Source of the DNA: Nageia nagi | Taxonomy: Eukaryota > Plantae > Pinophyta | Direction: 5' to 3' | Assembly (NCBI GenBank): GCA_050084985.1 | Contig: JBITNC010000002.1 | Location: 24,924,001 to 24,988,000, forward strand | Length of the DNA: 64,000 bases | Shown: piece after piece, positions 1-14,084 of the stretch | Numbering within the stretch: position 1 is the first letter of the stretch | How the letters are laid out: every line of letters begins with the position of its first letter | The notes under the pieces: model-generated | Told to the model about the DNA's origin: nothing | Databases searched by the model: none | Seen by the model: the letters and a program-made list of their open reading frames with translations, nothing else | Position numbers and translations under genes: made by a program

Positions 1-1962
1 TGGTCATATTCGTTTGATAAAGTGGATAAACAAAAAATATTGGACAATAGAAGAGTTCAAAATTAAGAGGGAATTATTGAATAATGTTCTAAATTGTGAT
101 GATTTTGTGAGTGTCATATATTAAAAATTGCAGAATGCTTAGTTCTTTTGAAAATATTTTTGAGAAGCTTAGATAAGAAAAATTGTATTCATTTGCACAT
201 TTAAAGGAAGAAAAAAAATGAGGAAAGTATAAATAATGATCCTTTAAGGAAAGCGATGCAAAAATGAAATTGGGTGGGTAAAGAGTTTAAAATTAAATTA
301 GAACAATTAAAGATAGTTTTGGCATATTAATTGTTCAATAAGATATATAAGGACCAACAACATCAAATCATTAATTATTTTGAACAATTAATCAAAAAAG
401 AAAAAGAAATATTGGGACCATTTGAATATTTAAAAGACAAAGAAAAAAATGAGTATCAATAAAGTGAGCAAATAGAAGATGATCAAGAAGAAATGATAAG
501 ATTTGTAGAAAGTCCTTTTATAATGGAAGCATCAATATGCAATTAAAAATAAAAAATAAAATGATAAAATTGAAGAAAAACAATAATTATCAAGGTAATA
601 AATTGGTTTTGATGAAAATTTAGCAATATCGCAAGGCTAAGTGACTTGTTTGGGTTGATGGCTCAGATGGTTAGACCAACCCATAGATATTCATAATTTC
701 CTTTTGTATATCATGTAGGTGAGGATTAAATTGTAGTTACATTTACATTATTAGGTGTATTTTCATTCTAGTTACATTAGTTTTATATTATGTTATATTT
801 TCATTAGGTATAATGCATTTCCAAATATTTGTATTGTGATCATTTGTGTTGCATGGTATAAGTTTAAGTTGTTATTTTATGAGTCATTATATATTATTGT
901 GTGATTTTTGTATGATTTTATGTATTAATCCAATTGGTTTATTCATGAGAAAAACTTTTGAATTGATCTTAGAAATTAGAAATTCATTTGAATTGAGCTT
1001 AGAAATTAGAAATTCAAAGCTATGATAAGCTTTAACAAATTTTAGGATAGAAAGGTGATTTAATGATATTAAGAAAAAAATGAAAAAGTTGTTTTAGAAA
1101 TAATAAATTTTGAAAAGATATAATTGATTAAAATATAAAAATAATATATTTTATTAGAAATAATAATAAAAAATAGAATCAAGGAAGAAAGATAAGTCTA
1201 TGGGTAAATTTTGGCAATAGTTGGGGCATGGAGGCATGCATCATTGCATAGAATAATTGTATAATTTTTTGAAATTAATTATTTGAATAAATATATCATG
1301 AAAAAATAGCCAAATTAAAAAAAAAAAAAGTAACAACAAATAAATAAGCATCTTAAAATTCTTTCCATATCAAAAGTTATGGTCATTTGAAGTTTTTAGT
1401 TTGAAAATTGCAAAATGGGTTTGTTTTAGCCCCTAAACTAGTAAGTCATTTCTTAGAACATGGTAATGTTAGTCATTTGAGTAAATCATGTAATTTTATC
1501 TTTCCAATTAAAAAATAATCAAGCTAATTAGATTTATGTAGAAAATGTTACATATTTTGTAATTTTGTAGTTTGGTGCAAAATGTAAGCTTGCAAGAAAA
1601 ATAAAAGTTGTCACAATTTATTTTTTCATGACTAATATACCTAACCTTGCAAGTATGATTATTTTATGGTTCTAATAAGAAAAATGGGGTACAAGGAAAT
1701 GCATAGCAGTGATTTATAACAAATTCATGATTTTTAGGGATTTTTATTTTTTTAATTTCCTATTTTTTGGGCCCATTAGCCTAGGCCTGGTTAGCTTAAT
1801 TTTTATTAAGTTTTTTTCTTCTTGGTCAGTTAGCCAAAATTTTATATCTTCAATGTATATTTTATATAAATTAGCCAAGTATACCCCTTGCCAAATTCGA
1901 ATCACGTCGCTTATATTTTATATTTTTATTTTATTTTGGAAAAACAAATTGCCACCCGATAC
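1..1962. mobile_element. Probable terminal fragment of an LTR retrotransposon (degenerate coding-like segment 1-640 plus LTR-like AT-rich DNA)
   Basis: 1-640 is purine-rich and reads like a stop-riddled ORF. The segment ends in ...TTGCCACCCGATAC, which resembles a Gypsy LTR edge. No partner LTR or TSD is visible in the window. Confidence 0.3.
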
Positions 1963-1994
1963 TAGATCCTCTAGGAAAGAAATGCAGATCTAAA

Positions 1995-2289
1995 AGATGT
2001 TAAACTTCTCCCTACAGATGCTTGACTTCTCCTTGCAAACATTCAACTTCTCCCTGCAGACACTCAAGTTCTCCCTATAGATGCTTGACTTCTCCCTACA
2101 TATGCTAGACTTCTCCCTACATATGCTCGACTTCTCCTTGAAGATGCTTGACTTATCCTTGGAGATGCTTGACTTCTCCTTGAAGATTCTTGACTTGTCC
2201 CTGGAGATGCTTGACTTGTCCTTGTGGATGCTCAACTTCTTCTTACAGATGCTTGACTTCTCCTAGAATATGCTCGACTTCTTTGTAGA
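1995..2289. repeat. 21-bp tandem array, about 14 copies (consensus AGATGCTTGACTTCTCCCTRS)
   Basis: The periodic repeat is directly visible and produces the spurious heptad ORFs MLDFSLH.. and EKSSICR.. Confidence 0.95.
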
Positions 2290-2929
2290 TATGCCTAGAC
2301 AAGGTGAATTTTTTAGTACTCCCATAATTATTTTTTGAAAATAATTTTATATATCTCATTGTTGGCATTAATATTGTAATAGTATTTTTGGTAGGTAAAA
2401 TTGTATCGAAACCTTCTTGAAAGAAAGGCAAAAATTCCACTACAAAAAGGTTAATTAACTTATTAAATTAGTCTCATGAATCAATGCAACCATATCCTTC
2501 AGGTACATAACTAATTTATCTTTTTCATATAAGGTTCAAAATTGTGAGTTTAAAATTTCAAATTTCAGTTTAATATTAATGCAAAAAATACTACAAATCA
2601 TGAACCCCAACAACTTGAAAATGATAACCACCAAATTATAGGTGCCCTCCTAATCTGTGTTTTATTAGACTATTTTAATTTTTAAATCATGAATATTTTA
2701 TCCAAATTTGATAGATTAATTATCAATGCATAAAATACTGCAAATCATGAACCTCATCAACATGAAATGGAAGATATTTATGATGATGAAATGTTCGAAC
2801 CTCCAATTAATCTATACATGAATGACATTCTAGGTTCGAACTCAATCAAAATTGGGGTGGAGAATACTCCAAATAATGAATCTAGAAAAGAATCATGCAA
2901 AGTAATAGCAAGTGGGCTATTGTAAGATC

Positions 2930-5060
2930 ATTTCAAGATGAATGGCCTTCCAAATATAAATTTATTGAACTAGTACAACAAAAAAATAGTAATGATCCAA
3001 TAAAAGAGTGTTAATGTGTTTCATATTCATGGAAATTAGGTAAAGAATGAAAAATGCAACTCAAGAAGAATATAATTGAAAAACATTGTGGAAAAATATA
3101 TATTCAAGTTAAATATAAATATGGAAACATCAAAAAAGAAAGAAAAAAAAGGGATTCTTCAATTTGTGCACACAAAATATATTATGATGAATGGCTTGAA
3201 TTTCAAAACCAACAAAAGGCCCTTGAAAAGATAGTTGGAACCATAACAACACAGTTTGAAAAGCAATAGAATACAATTTTAGTTTCTAAGGCCTTACAAT
3301 TTTCTATGATTTTCACAATTTTTAAAAAGAGAAAACCTATGATTAATTTTATTGATTACAAGATGTTATTCAAGCTCGCAAATGTTCAAAACCTTCCTAG
3401 TGCTCATTGGTTATATATAAGTGGTTGGGAGATGTCAAAATGCTTGGCTCTAGTAGAAATTGATGATCTTAGATAAAAAGTAAAAAAAAAAAAAATCATT
3501 TCATTATCACTTGATGAGGTTACTGTTGTTGATAACACTACTTGGATATGCATGCATGTTTACAAATTTTATGGTCATTTGAGACAATTACACCTACTTA
3601 AACTTCATAAAATGGTAGAAAATTGTAATGTAGAGACTCTTTACAATCTTGTTATTAAGAGTTTGAAAGAAGTTGCTAATATGGATGATTTTGAAATTGC
3701 AACGAAGTTAATGTGTAGGATCTGATGGTGCTATTGTGATGCAAGGGAAGAGAAATGGTATTCATATAAGACTTCAAACAATAGTAGCCCCATACTTAAT
3801 TCCCATTCAATTCATGGCACATAGATTAAATCTTGCTTACAAAATTGTCAATGTACACGATGATGTTGCAAAAGTTGAAGATTTAGTTCATGAACTTTAT
3901 TCCTATTTTATGAATAGTTCCAAAAGATTTATATAGTTTCAAGAGTTTGAAATAGTTATTATAGATGGTAGTAATATGCTAAAGGATATAGATACAATAT
4001 AAATTTCAATGTATAAACCTATTGAAAGAGTGTTCGAAGAGTATCCATCTCTTATAGGGTTTATGTACAAAAATAGAAGAGAAGTAGACAGAGTTAAAGA
4101 TGTGCTTTTTCGCATGAGAAATTTAGACACTTTGCTTATTGTATGTGGTATTTTTTCTATGTTATACAAAATGAACCTTTTGATAAACTTAGCTCAGGAA
4201 AGACATATTTATATTATTGATTTTGTTCAAATGAGAAAATAGATTTGCTTACAGATTGATAAGTTGCATGAGAGTAATTTTGTTGATCCATTATTTGAAG
4301 ATTGGAAAGTATTAACAAACTACAAAGATCCTAATAATTTTTTTAAATTCAATATTACAAGAGATTTGTGTATATGTGTTCATGTCAAATAGATACCTGT
4401 GTATTATTACAAATGATTTATGGGAGAGAAACTTCATAAAGTACCCGTAATAATGAATAGATTTGATTTGGCCATTAGTAACATAAGAAAAACATTAAGA
4501 AGCATCTCACATACAATGACAAGTGAAATAAGAGAAATGTTTCATAGAGATGATCTACTTGAATAAAAGATTGTTGATTCAACAATCAAGATTCTTTGGG
4601 AGCACCATGGTTGACCAATATCCAAAGCTGATAGATCCATCAAAAATAGGTGCAATTATACGCTTATAGAAGAAATTATATCCTAAAAGTATTTTACAAA
4701 AATCAATGGGTGAGTACTTTCATTTATATCAATTATGTCAAAAAATGATTCTGGGATCAATGGAAGATGAGAGAGTGTTTAGCACACTATTTTTTGTGAA
4801 AAATAAAATTTGAAACAAGTTGGATAAAAACCTAGAGTACTATTTATGATTATATATCTTTTCTTATGATATTGATAAGTTTCCATATGATAGAGTTATG
4901 GCATACTGAAAATCATTAGTATAAAGAAGAAATGTCAATAAGACTAATGATGATGATGATCAAAATGATGAAAAAAATTATATGACGATGCTTTCAAATT
5001 CAAATGTGCATGGAAATATTATGAATCAACCAATCAAGAATTTATTTCAAATTCATGAAA
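2930..5060 (+). pseudogene. Degenerate hAT-superfamily transposase, ZNF862/C17orf113-like
   Basis: Motifs in order, across stops and frameshifts: RSFQDEW (TTF-type zinc finger start), HWLYISGWEM, ISLSLDEVTVVDNTTWICMHVY (first D), GSDGAIVMQGKRNG (second D), FMAHRLNLA (CxxH position) and ILGSMEDERVFSTLFFVKNKI (E, dimerization region, ~4750). Confidence 0.85.
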
Positions 5061-5639
5061 TATGATCTAAGTTCTATGTAGTCTTTACATTTATCATTTT
5101 TGATTTATTTGGTATATTCATAGACTATATTCAATGGTGGTCCATATTGAGCCAACACTCATCTAAGTATTATTAAATACTTTCATAAATTTCATTTTTT
5201 CATGGGATGGTAATATTTGTGGACTTACAAATTAAAATGATATTTTTAAAAATTATTTTGTATGATTTTAAATGAGAAATGTCAATTGTCAATACTATGT
5301 TAAATGTTTTTACATATGTTTTTTTATGATTTAATGCTATGCTTTTAACATATTTTTGAAATTGTTTCAAATTACATAAATTCAATAATAATCAAAGTTG
5401 ACAAGTGTATGCAATAAGCACCTCTTTTATATGATTGCAAAAATTATAAACCATCATCCCATAGATTTAATTGCAAACATTTAAAACCATCATACAATAT
5501 GCAAACATGGCAAACCATAATTATATTGATAGAAACAAATGGTCAACTGTATTCATTTACAAAATATCCATTTACAAATTTTCCATTTTGATTCATTTAC
5601 AAAATAAAATTATTCAACTTAAAATACATCAAATATAAT

Positions 5640-8167
5640 TTTCAATGTCCATTATTTCCTCTATGATTTCCTAGCCTTCTCTGCCCTTGAACATGGCCTT
5701 TTCCTTATCATGTGCAATCGATGTGGTTTTTCTTGTACCCTACAATTCAATAGCTCTAGCACACCCTTAGTAATAGATTTGAGATTAGTCAACAGCAATT
5801 TTTCTTTTGCAATTGTATCTTCAACATTAGTATTAGTTTGGGTTTTAGAAAGCTTTTTTTATATAATATTTCCCAATCTAACCCATTTTCCTTGATGATT
5901 ATTCCCAATATGTTATTATCCCTTATACTGTTCTTGAGTCTATCTTTCAAAACAATGCTCTGCTTGATGCTTTTTTGAGCCTTCTCCAGTTGTATGACAC
6001 AATTATTCACCTACTTGAGCAAATTTGCTTGCTTTGCCTACAAAATAAGATTTATGATGTTAGAGAAATATTTTTCAAATACAAATTAAAAAATCTAAAA
6101 CATAAAAAATAATAATACCTCTGCAATTACTTTTTTTGCCTTTGCTATTTTCACTTTCCATTTATCCAAATTGCATTGGTTGAAGTATGCTTGGGCTTTA
6201 GTATTTAGATTCTCCTATTTGCAAAGGATAAGGTCCAAGTCATTGTCATTTGATGAGATGGTGATTTTTGCTTTACCTAAAGTTGCCTACTAAAATAAAG
6301 CATCCAACTTTTCAAGTTCATTTTCAATTTTAGAAAATAAATGTTCCCTCTTGCCAAAGTTATGATATCGAGCTAATATTCCTTTAAAAAGAATTTTAGC
6401 TCATACTTCCCATATCCTTGATAGAAATATCCTTCAACACTAAATTTTTAACTATTTTTTCCAAATTAGTTATTGTTTAACATTGTTCTTATGTTAAAAC
6501 CTGACCACCTTTTGATGATCCACCTGCATGTAATGTAGGTGTTGTTGAAGTAGGACCAAGATTTGTTGAAGTACATGGAGGAGTACTACCAATCACAATA
6601 TATGTAACTTCTACCTCTTGTATTTTTTGGCTTTAAAGGACATCAACTGGATTGTATGTTAATGAAGCCATACCCTGCAAAAGAAAATCTTCATCTAGGG
6701 GTGGCTCAAAAAGGTGTTCCTACCCAAATCAAGAGAGATCCCACCAAGGGATAGACTTGGAATATTAAGAATCAATGGGGACAATGTGAGGGGGGAATTA
6801 TGGCAATTGACAATGCACCTCTGAGTTCTAATGTTTGCACTTGGTAGAGACAATATATTAAGCCTAATATTCTTTCCACTTTATTGTACTTGTCCACTCA
6901 TTTGTACTTGAGGATGAGGAGTTACAAAATAAAAAGGAACAACATCTATTACAAACATTTAACATAAATTAATCTTGGATTTCCAAATGTTATATGAAGA
7001 TATAAAGATACCTTCTTGGTGTGGTTGTTATTGTTGTTGTTGTTATTTTTTCTACTACTATGGTTGCTCTTTATATTTTACTTCTTCTTTAATGTCATCC
7101 TTAGACTAAGAATGTACAAAATATCATGAAACATGAACTAATGCAAAATGTCTCTCTTCATTTTCTAAAACTATAGTTATCATCCTCTTCATTTTGTTTT
7201 TCCTGAAAAAAGTACTAGAAGGAAGAGTGCTTATGGTCTTTGAATCTCCACAATCCTCTAGTTGATGACCTTTCAGGTTGGCACTTCATTGTGAAGCAAT
7301 AAAGTCTACTCATTATGGAAAACAAACAATAAGTCAAATTTTTAACTCTAATTTCTAATAACAAATATAAATCTAAAACAGTTCATAACCCATAATACCT
7401 TCAATTATTCTTTGCTCAACATAAAGTCTTTCAATGCTAGATTGTAAACTTTTGTACTATTTCCTTCTTTCAAATTAAAATGATCCACACAAAAAAATGT
7501 AGCTAAATAATTTATATAGGAAACATGGTTATGAGGGGATGATTTAGTAAGATTATTATTAATATCATTTCTAATTTGTTCAGAAATAAAAGTAGACCAA
7601 TCGTATCTAGTTTTATCGCGAAGGTAATGGACAATATAATGCAAATCGTAGAATGCAATGTCAGATGAATGCCCTTGCAAAATTATTTGTGCTTCGAAAA
7701 ACTTGATAATTGCTTTCAAATATTGGTAGGATACATCGAAGACTCTCAAACCCCTTCCAGCAGGATTTCTACTAACTGCAAAAAAAATTAAATATGTTAA
7801 CATTGAAATTAAATTGAATAATAATGGCAAATGAAAAAGAAAGAACTATTTGGTAAATTTACCTATTAGATATTCTGGGGGGATATGAAAAGTTTCCTCC
7901 AAGTATTTTTTTTCATTTTCAAATAAAGGCTTTGTAGAAGAAATGAGTTCACAACCCTTGTAAGGGAGACACATCAATCATTTCACATTTGATGCATGAA
8001 TGTTGAAGAAGATGGTATACCCTTTGATTTGGATAGAAATCTTAGACCTTTGGTGATTGTAAAAAGATACAATCTAATCAAAAAAGTCATAGTTATCCTT
8101 AAATGTGCCCATGGTTGTAATTTTAAGCAGACCTAACTCCCCTAGCCATGTCATATCGTACCTTATC
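5640..8167 (-). pseudogene. Spliced TE accessory gene, 3' part: PMD/DUF1985-like N-terminal domain plus C-terminal coiled coil
   Basis: The GT-AG intron 7776-7862 joins ..ETFHIPPEYLI to VSRNPAGRGLRV.. in phase. Further donors lie near 7398, 7011 and 6118, and an acceptor near 6038. Motifs LGELGLLKI..IVSFYN..I..SNVK.LMCLPYKG and YDWSTFISEQI are present. The last exon is a K/E/L-rich coiled coil (ORF 5789-6010). Confidence 0.6.
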
Positions 8168-8172
8168 GTAAG

Positions 8173-8854
8173 TGTAGATGCCTCAAAATGAATATTTATG
8201 TATTTAATAAATCATTTTAATCCTTTAATAATGTATTATTTAAAAAGGAATTTAAAAAGTATAAGAAAGGTGTAGGCCATGTATTTGACCCTTGTGACAT
8301 GTACAAGGGGTCAAATCCTATAATAAAAGCATCCCTATATAAAGGCATTCAAGACATACAAAGAAACATGATGGGATTATCATCAGGAGGAGACTAGGCA
8401 AGAGGTAGATTACAAAAGACCCAAGGCTTCTATCAACTAAACATAGAATAAAGAATCAAGGACTTAAGACCATTTGCAAAGAAAACCTTTGCAAGGTCTT
8501 CTTATCTATAATAAGTGAATCTCTTATCTCAACCATTATCACACTTTTTTAATGTTGATAAATCATTTGTTTGCTTGTCATTTTATCTTTTGTTGCATCT
8601 TTAGTTTTATCCTTAACATGAAATTAGAGGCATACTATTACTAGGGCACTGATGCCATGCTTAAGTATGTGATATTGCTCATTTTTGATGTATGAATTTT
8701 CTTAATCAATTGAATATGCATGTTAACAAAATGAACCTGTATGCTTAATCATATGTTGTTATATTCCTACTTTATGTCAAAAAACAAATAGACCAAATAG
8801 TGCATATTTTAATTCCCCTAATTAATTATATGATTGTATTGTTTAAGGTCTACA
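8173..8854 (+). repeat. 5' LTR (682 bp) of the Ogre/Tat-like element
   Basis: Direct repeat of 20975-21657 with TG..CA ends. Confidence 0.95.
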
Positions 8855-8857
8855 TCT

Positions 8858-8870
8858 TGGTGAACCTAGC
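8858..8870 (+). promoter_or_regulatory. Degenerate primer-binding site, tRNA-Trp-like (TGGTGAACC)
   Basis: Starts 3 nt after the LTR end and matches the first 9 nt expected for a plant tRNA-Trp PBS (TGGTGAACCCGAC). Confidence 0.55.
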
Positions 8871-9022
8871 ATTTTTACACACGTAGGTCTTCATCTAGCA
8901 AAAAATTCTTTTGTAATGTCATGAATCCATTTTTGCTACTTTTTCTCTCCAAAGAGGAAGTGCTCTAAATCATAGCCAAAGAGTAAGATAAAACTAGGGC
9001 TTGTTCTTCTTATATCCCAAAG

Positions 9023-10980
9023 ATGGATCTTAACCCAAATAACCCTACCATAGCAAAATCCAAAGTACAATTTTTAAAGGTTAAGAGAATTTTTGAATTA
9101 ATCATGAATTATCTTGTTCAAATCCCCCCTCCTAATACCATATAGAATCCTAAATATTTAGATTTTGATAAACGAATGTCCATTATCAAAGAGACTCCTA
9201 ATTGTTATGTTATTCTTGATCTTAGCAACTTCCTTGATCTTGATAGGATTCCTTGCCATGCTCAATCCATTCAATAGGTGTTATCTGATAAAGAAAGGCT
9301 ATAATTTTTTATTTGTAATAATGCTTCTATTATAGTGGAACTTCTTACAAATGAAAATTTGCTTGATAATCACTTCAAAGCTATAAAATTCAAATATATC
9401 TTGGTCCTCTATAAGGAATATTTGAAACATCTTTATCCTATGCATGAAATGCATGATGTGGGTGACATGCTTAATTATCATCACAATATGAGCGACGTAT
9501 ATCCTAATGGAGAAGATATTGAACCAGAGCTTGATGCTGAGTTGCAACAACCACTACATGAGGAATATGCTTTCAAAAGTGATGATCAATCAAAACTTGA
9601 GGATGAAGAAGAGAATCTTATAGCAATTTGATCCTTAATCCACATTACTTCGATAGAGAAAAGAATTGTAAAAGTCAAATTATTTTACCTAATGATGAGA
9701 TTAAAACTCTTGTTAAACAACAACTTATTGAAGTTATTAGAGAATCCTTTAAGCTACAACAAACTTGGACTCTCGAGGAGTAAGAGATTAAGGTAGGTAT
9801 CATTATGGATATCCAAGAAAACATTGATTCATATAAACAACCTCCATATGAACAATTAGAAATTTTGGTAGGGGTATTGCATGAACTTGAGCAAGATAGG
9901 GTTAATCATAGGTTTTTTATTTTGAAAAATACTTCACTTCAAACACTAAACAATATACAACAACCTCCCTCTCCCCCACCACCATCCCCAAAGACCAATG
10001 TAGGATCTAACAACATTGTGAGTAGTGAGGATAATTTCCTTTCATGTTTAAAAAGACCCCTCATTGATAGAATTCTTGCCAAAATAATCCTTGGGAAAAA
10101 GAATATCAAATTTACTAAGTTTGATGGTATGCAGGATCTGAGGATACATGTTCATAAATTTCATGAAGAAGCTATTGAATATATGCATGATCAAGATTTG
10201 TTGGCTAAGTTATTTTCGTATAGTTTGAAGGATGAGGCTCTAAAATGGTACTTCCAACTTCCCAAAAGTAGCATTGATAGGTATGAGGATTTGATTCATA
10301 TATTTTTGCATGATTATGGTTATAACATTACTGAGAAGGTTTATCTTAAGGACTTGTGTAAAATTAAACAACTCCCTAACCAATCAGTGAAGGATTTTGT
10401 GAAGGTATGGAAACAAACTGCTAATAAAGTCACCATGGATGAACATGAACTCAAGCATATTTTTGTAAATCGTATCTTACCTATATATAAGCTATTTATA
10501 ATTTCTAATCATGATATATCTTTAGGAGATATGATTTATAATGTTACTAAAAAGAAACCATGCATTAAAAAATTGAGTGCTATGAAACATGTTGATCATG
10601 CTTCACTTGCAAAACTTATTACTAAAAATCAAACCAAGGTTGAAGCAAATCATGTTGCATACAAAAAATGAGGTAGTTCTCCACCTAAACATACTCACCA
10701 ATATACTCCTTTGATTAATAGTGTTAATAATATTTTGAATGTATTATTAGATGAGGAACTAATTGAATTGCCTCCTATTATTGAACCTAAGTTTACTAAT
10801 TTTGTGCTTAAAAATTTTCATTATGAAGAATTTTACAATTATCATAGGGTACCTGATCATCTAACTCGGGATTGCAGGACTCTTTATAAACTTATATAGG
10901 ACTTCATTGATAATGGAGTAATTAGGATGGATCCAAAACTAGCTGCATATGTGGGACCTATACATTCAAATAATGCATAG
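9023..10980 (+). pseudogene. Gypsy gag (Retrotrans_gag), interrupted by stops; longest ORF 9805-10671
   Basis: KFTKFDGMQDLRIHVHKF..LLAKLFSYSLKDEALKWYFQLP..SI..YEDL...F..KQLPNQSVKDFVKVW, followed by the degenerate zinc knuckle YNYHRVPDHLTRDC. Confidence 0.9.
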
Positions 10981-13597
10981 CTAAGGGAATTCAATAATCC
11001 CCTACCATCTTCACAATCTTGAGGTTGCATCGATATAGTAAGTGTTTTCATACTTTACATTCTTTTTCAACTAACACTCATGCATACAAGCATCCTCATC
11101 CAAATAGGAATAGGAATGGAATCAAAATATGTGATGCTAGCATCGTGAATTTTTTCTTTTAGGGTACTAGCAGCATAGGGATGACTACTACAAAAGTGCC
11201 TCTTTTTTTCCTACCTTTGTGAAGTGTATTTGGGTGGCAAAAACTCCCTAGATACATAAGGTTATTCCTTGATATCTTTTTGACATCATAATTAGTGTAT
11301 ATTAGTATCTAGGGTATTTTTGAATATTCAAAACATTATGCCTTCACCTCTAGGCTAATTTTGGTTGTTGTGTTGTGACATCTATGTTCACACACACCCT
11401 CATGTCCTTTACTAGTTTCTCCAGGTACCTTGGTTCCTTTAGGTTATGTGTCATTTCAGTTTGTATGCATGAATTATGCTCATTATCAGTTGAACATAAC
11501 ATAATATGTGTGTGTGTTTATCATATTTTCCTATTAATAAGTTAATTTTTACAGTTCATTATGCCTGTATGTGTGTGTCCAATGTCAACCATCTAAATAT
11601 AACATAAAGATAAAAAACAAAGAGTATTAAGTCCACAAATAATGAATCATATATATATCAGAGTTAAAATTTTGTACAAAATATATATACATGGGCCTTA
11701 GCCCTACATCATCCACTACCATGGGTGGATACTAGCCCCACTACTAGATGCATCACTCCTAGAGCACCCTCTCCTACCACTACCACTACTAGCTCCAGAT
11801 ATGGATACTCCACCTTAGATATCACTAGTTGTGAGTCCATGAGCCTCTAAGAGGTTCTTGGCCTTTGTATACTTGGACTACAATTAGGATACCTCTAGAG
11901 TTTGAGTTGTAATCTTATCATATTGACTCTACATGAATGCCCACAACTGATTTGGTGAGGGAATGGTGAGCCTATCTTGGAGGCCCTTCACTATTTAAGA
12001 TAGTGAAGCCACCTTTGTATCCTATTGGAATGTACAATGCATTATTATAAAGGTTTTGTAATAATATTCTATGTAAATTCACTAATACTTAAGGGTATCA
12101 TTTGATACATTAAGTATTTAAGTGAATATGATAATCTTACTTGTCCTACACTCCATGTCATGAGCATGCCCCTTGGGTAAAAGGATGTGCATGTCATGCT
12201 TTTGTACATTGGATAAAAGGGTGATCTAAAGAGGGATTTTGGCCTATAAATAGAAGGCTCCCTCTTTGTGATCACACACCAATTTGTGAAGTAAAGTTGT
12301 GCTAGAGGATAGTGTTTCAAATTTGAGATTAAGAGGATTATAAGAGAGTTGTATTTGTGATTGAATTAAATATCTAGTTAGTGGATGTACTCCTAGTTGG
12401 AGGAACCACTTACATCTTGTGTTATCTTTGTGAGATTGATTTGTGTGATAGTTATATATGAATTGAGAGCTTTCATGTGATCTTAGTTGTTTAGGATTGT
12501 TCTTGTTATAGTTCAATTCTCTCATTTGGTATCAAAGCTCCTTGGAGGCTCATCTTCACATCTTTGGTGTGGAAGCTCTTCTTCAACATCTTGGTGATCC
12601 TTTCTTTATTCCTCATCTTACATGCCATTGGTGAGCTAAAATTAAGAGAAGGTATAAATTTCCATCTCCTTGGTTATTTTATGGAATATTTGCATTATGC
12701 TACTAACATATTACTTGCTATGTGTTAATTCCTTTTTTTTTTTAATTTTGGCTAGCAAAGTTGCAATTTGTTTTCTAACCCTCTATGTTACTTGCAATTT
12801 TTTAAAAAAAGGGTTAGTATACAAAAAAATATATATTGCATTTTTTTCATATTTTTTTGGAAATAAGTATATATGTTACATATTATTGCTATATTACTAA
12901 CACTATTTTGTTAGATGTAATTTTTTTGCTTAAAATAGTAATAGCATGATATAGATAAATTTGCATTTTTTACAAATACTTTCCTATTACACAAGTTGTA
13001 GTGTAAAATATGATGAAAGTAATTTTTTTTCTACTGCATTTTTTACAATATTTGCATCAAAATGGAGAGAGTTTATATATAAAAAAAGGGAAAAAAAATT
13101 TATAATTCAATCCATATTAAATCTGCTAAAATATTTCAAAAAAAAATTTGTTTCAAATATTCTCCCATGTCCCCTGTTTTCTTTGTGCAACCTCCTTTTG
13201 TTTGGGCCCCTATCTAGCCTACTTTGACCTTCATCACCCTGTGACTTGCTACCCTTCGCAACCTCCACTGCCCCACAGCCTATCACCCTCCACAACCTTT
13301 GCCAACCCCAACCCCTCCCATCATGGCCTCTTCCACTGTTATCGTGACATTGTTGCCTACTACGGCCATTGCAACCCCACTCCCTCCCAAAAGCCACCAC
13401 TTGCCCCTCCACCACTCTGTGCTCATATGGTATCTTTTTTTTTAATCCCATTTCCATTTTTTTTATTGAGCCAATAGATAAGTTTCATGGAGTAAAACCT
13501 CAACAACATTAAATTTTGCATTTATTAAAAAAGTATGGGTCTCTACATTCCTTCAATTTTTTATAAAATTTGATACATAAAATTAATTTTTTTGGGA

Positions 13598-13690
13598 GGA
13601 GTGTGGGTTTAGTCTTCACATTAAATGCATAGGTGGAGTGTGGGTTTAGTTTTCACATTAAATGCATAGGTGGAGTGTGGGTTTGGTCCA
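13598..13690. repeat. 37-bp tandem repeat, about 2.5 copies, inside the Copia internal region
   Basis: GGAGTGTGGGTTTAGTYTTCACATTAAATGCATAGGT repeated. Confidence 0.85.
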
Positions 13691-14084
13691 TCATTCATTT
13701 ATTGTTAAGTAATGATGGCTTATTTACTACTTAAGGAATTTTTTTTAATTCTTTACTTACTTAAATTATCTTGAAAATTACAAGGTAATTTTTTAGCTAA
13801 ACCTTCTAAGAGGAATATTTGCAAATTTCCTTTTTTGCCTTGATTATGTTGCAATTTACTATGGTACATAGGTAAAAGCAATTTTTTTAAGATACTGGCA
13901 CTTTTGTTGCGGTAAATTATTTTTTACTAAAGTAATTTTTTAAATTTTAGCATGAAAGTATTTCCTAAATTCCTTAGTTAGTAAAAGGAGGGAGAAATAT
14001 TTGTGAAATTCCTTTACTTTAAAATTTTTAGGGACTTAAATTTTTTAAGTTAATGATACATGCTTAAAACTTAAATTTTTAAAT

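Noticed and set aside
1990-2266. Heptad-repeat ORFs (EKSSICR.. / MLDFSLH..) resembling coiled-coil proteins
   Set aside because: They are by-products of the 21-bp tandem DNA repeat, open on both strands, with no gene context.
2438-2450. CACTACAAAAAGG, a perfect CACTA-type TIR start
   Set aside because: It lies internal to the left array. The only clear TTTTGTAGTG partner (~15370) is inside the later Copia insertion, and there is no 3-bp TSD.
13107-13477. Pro/His-rich and Gly/Arg-rich ORFs on opposite strands
   Set aside because: Low-complexity C-rich tract inside the Copia internal region, with no domain motifs.
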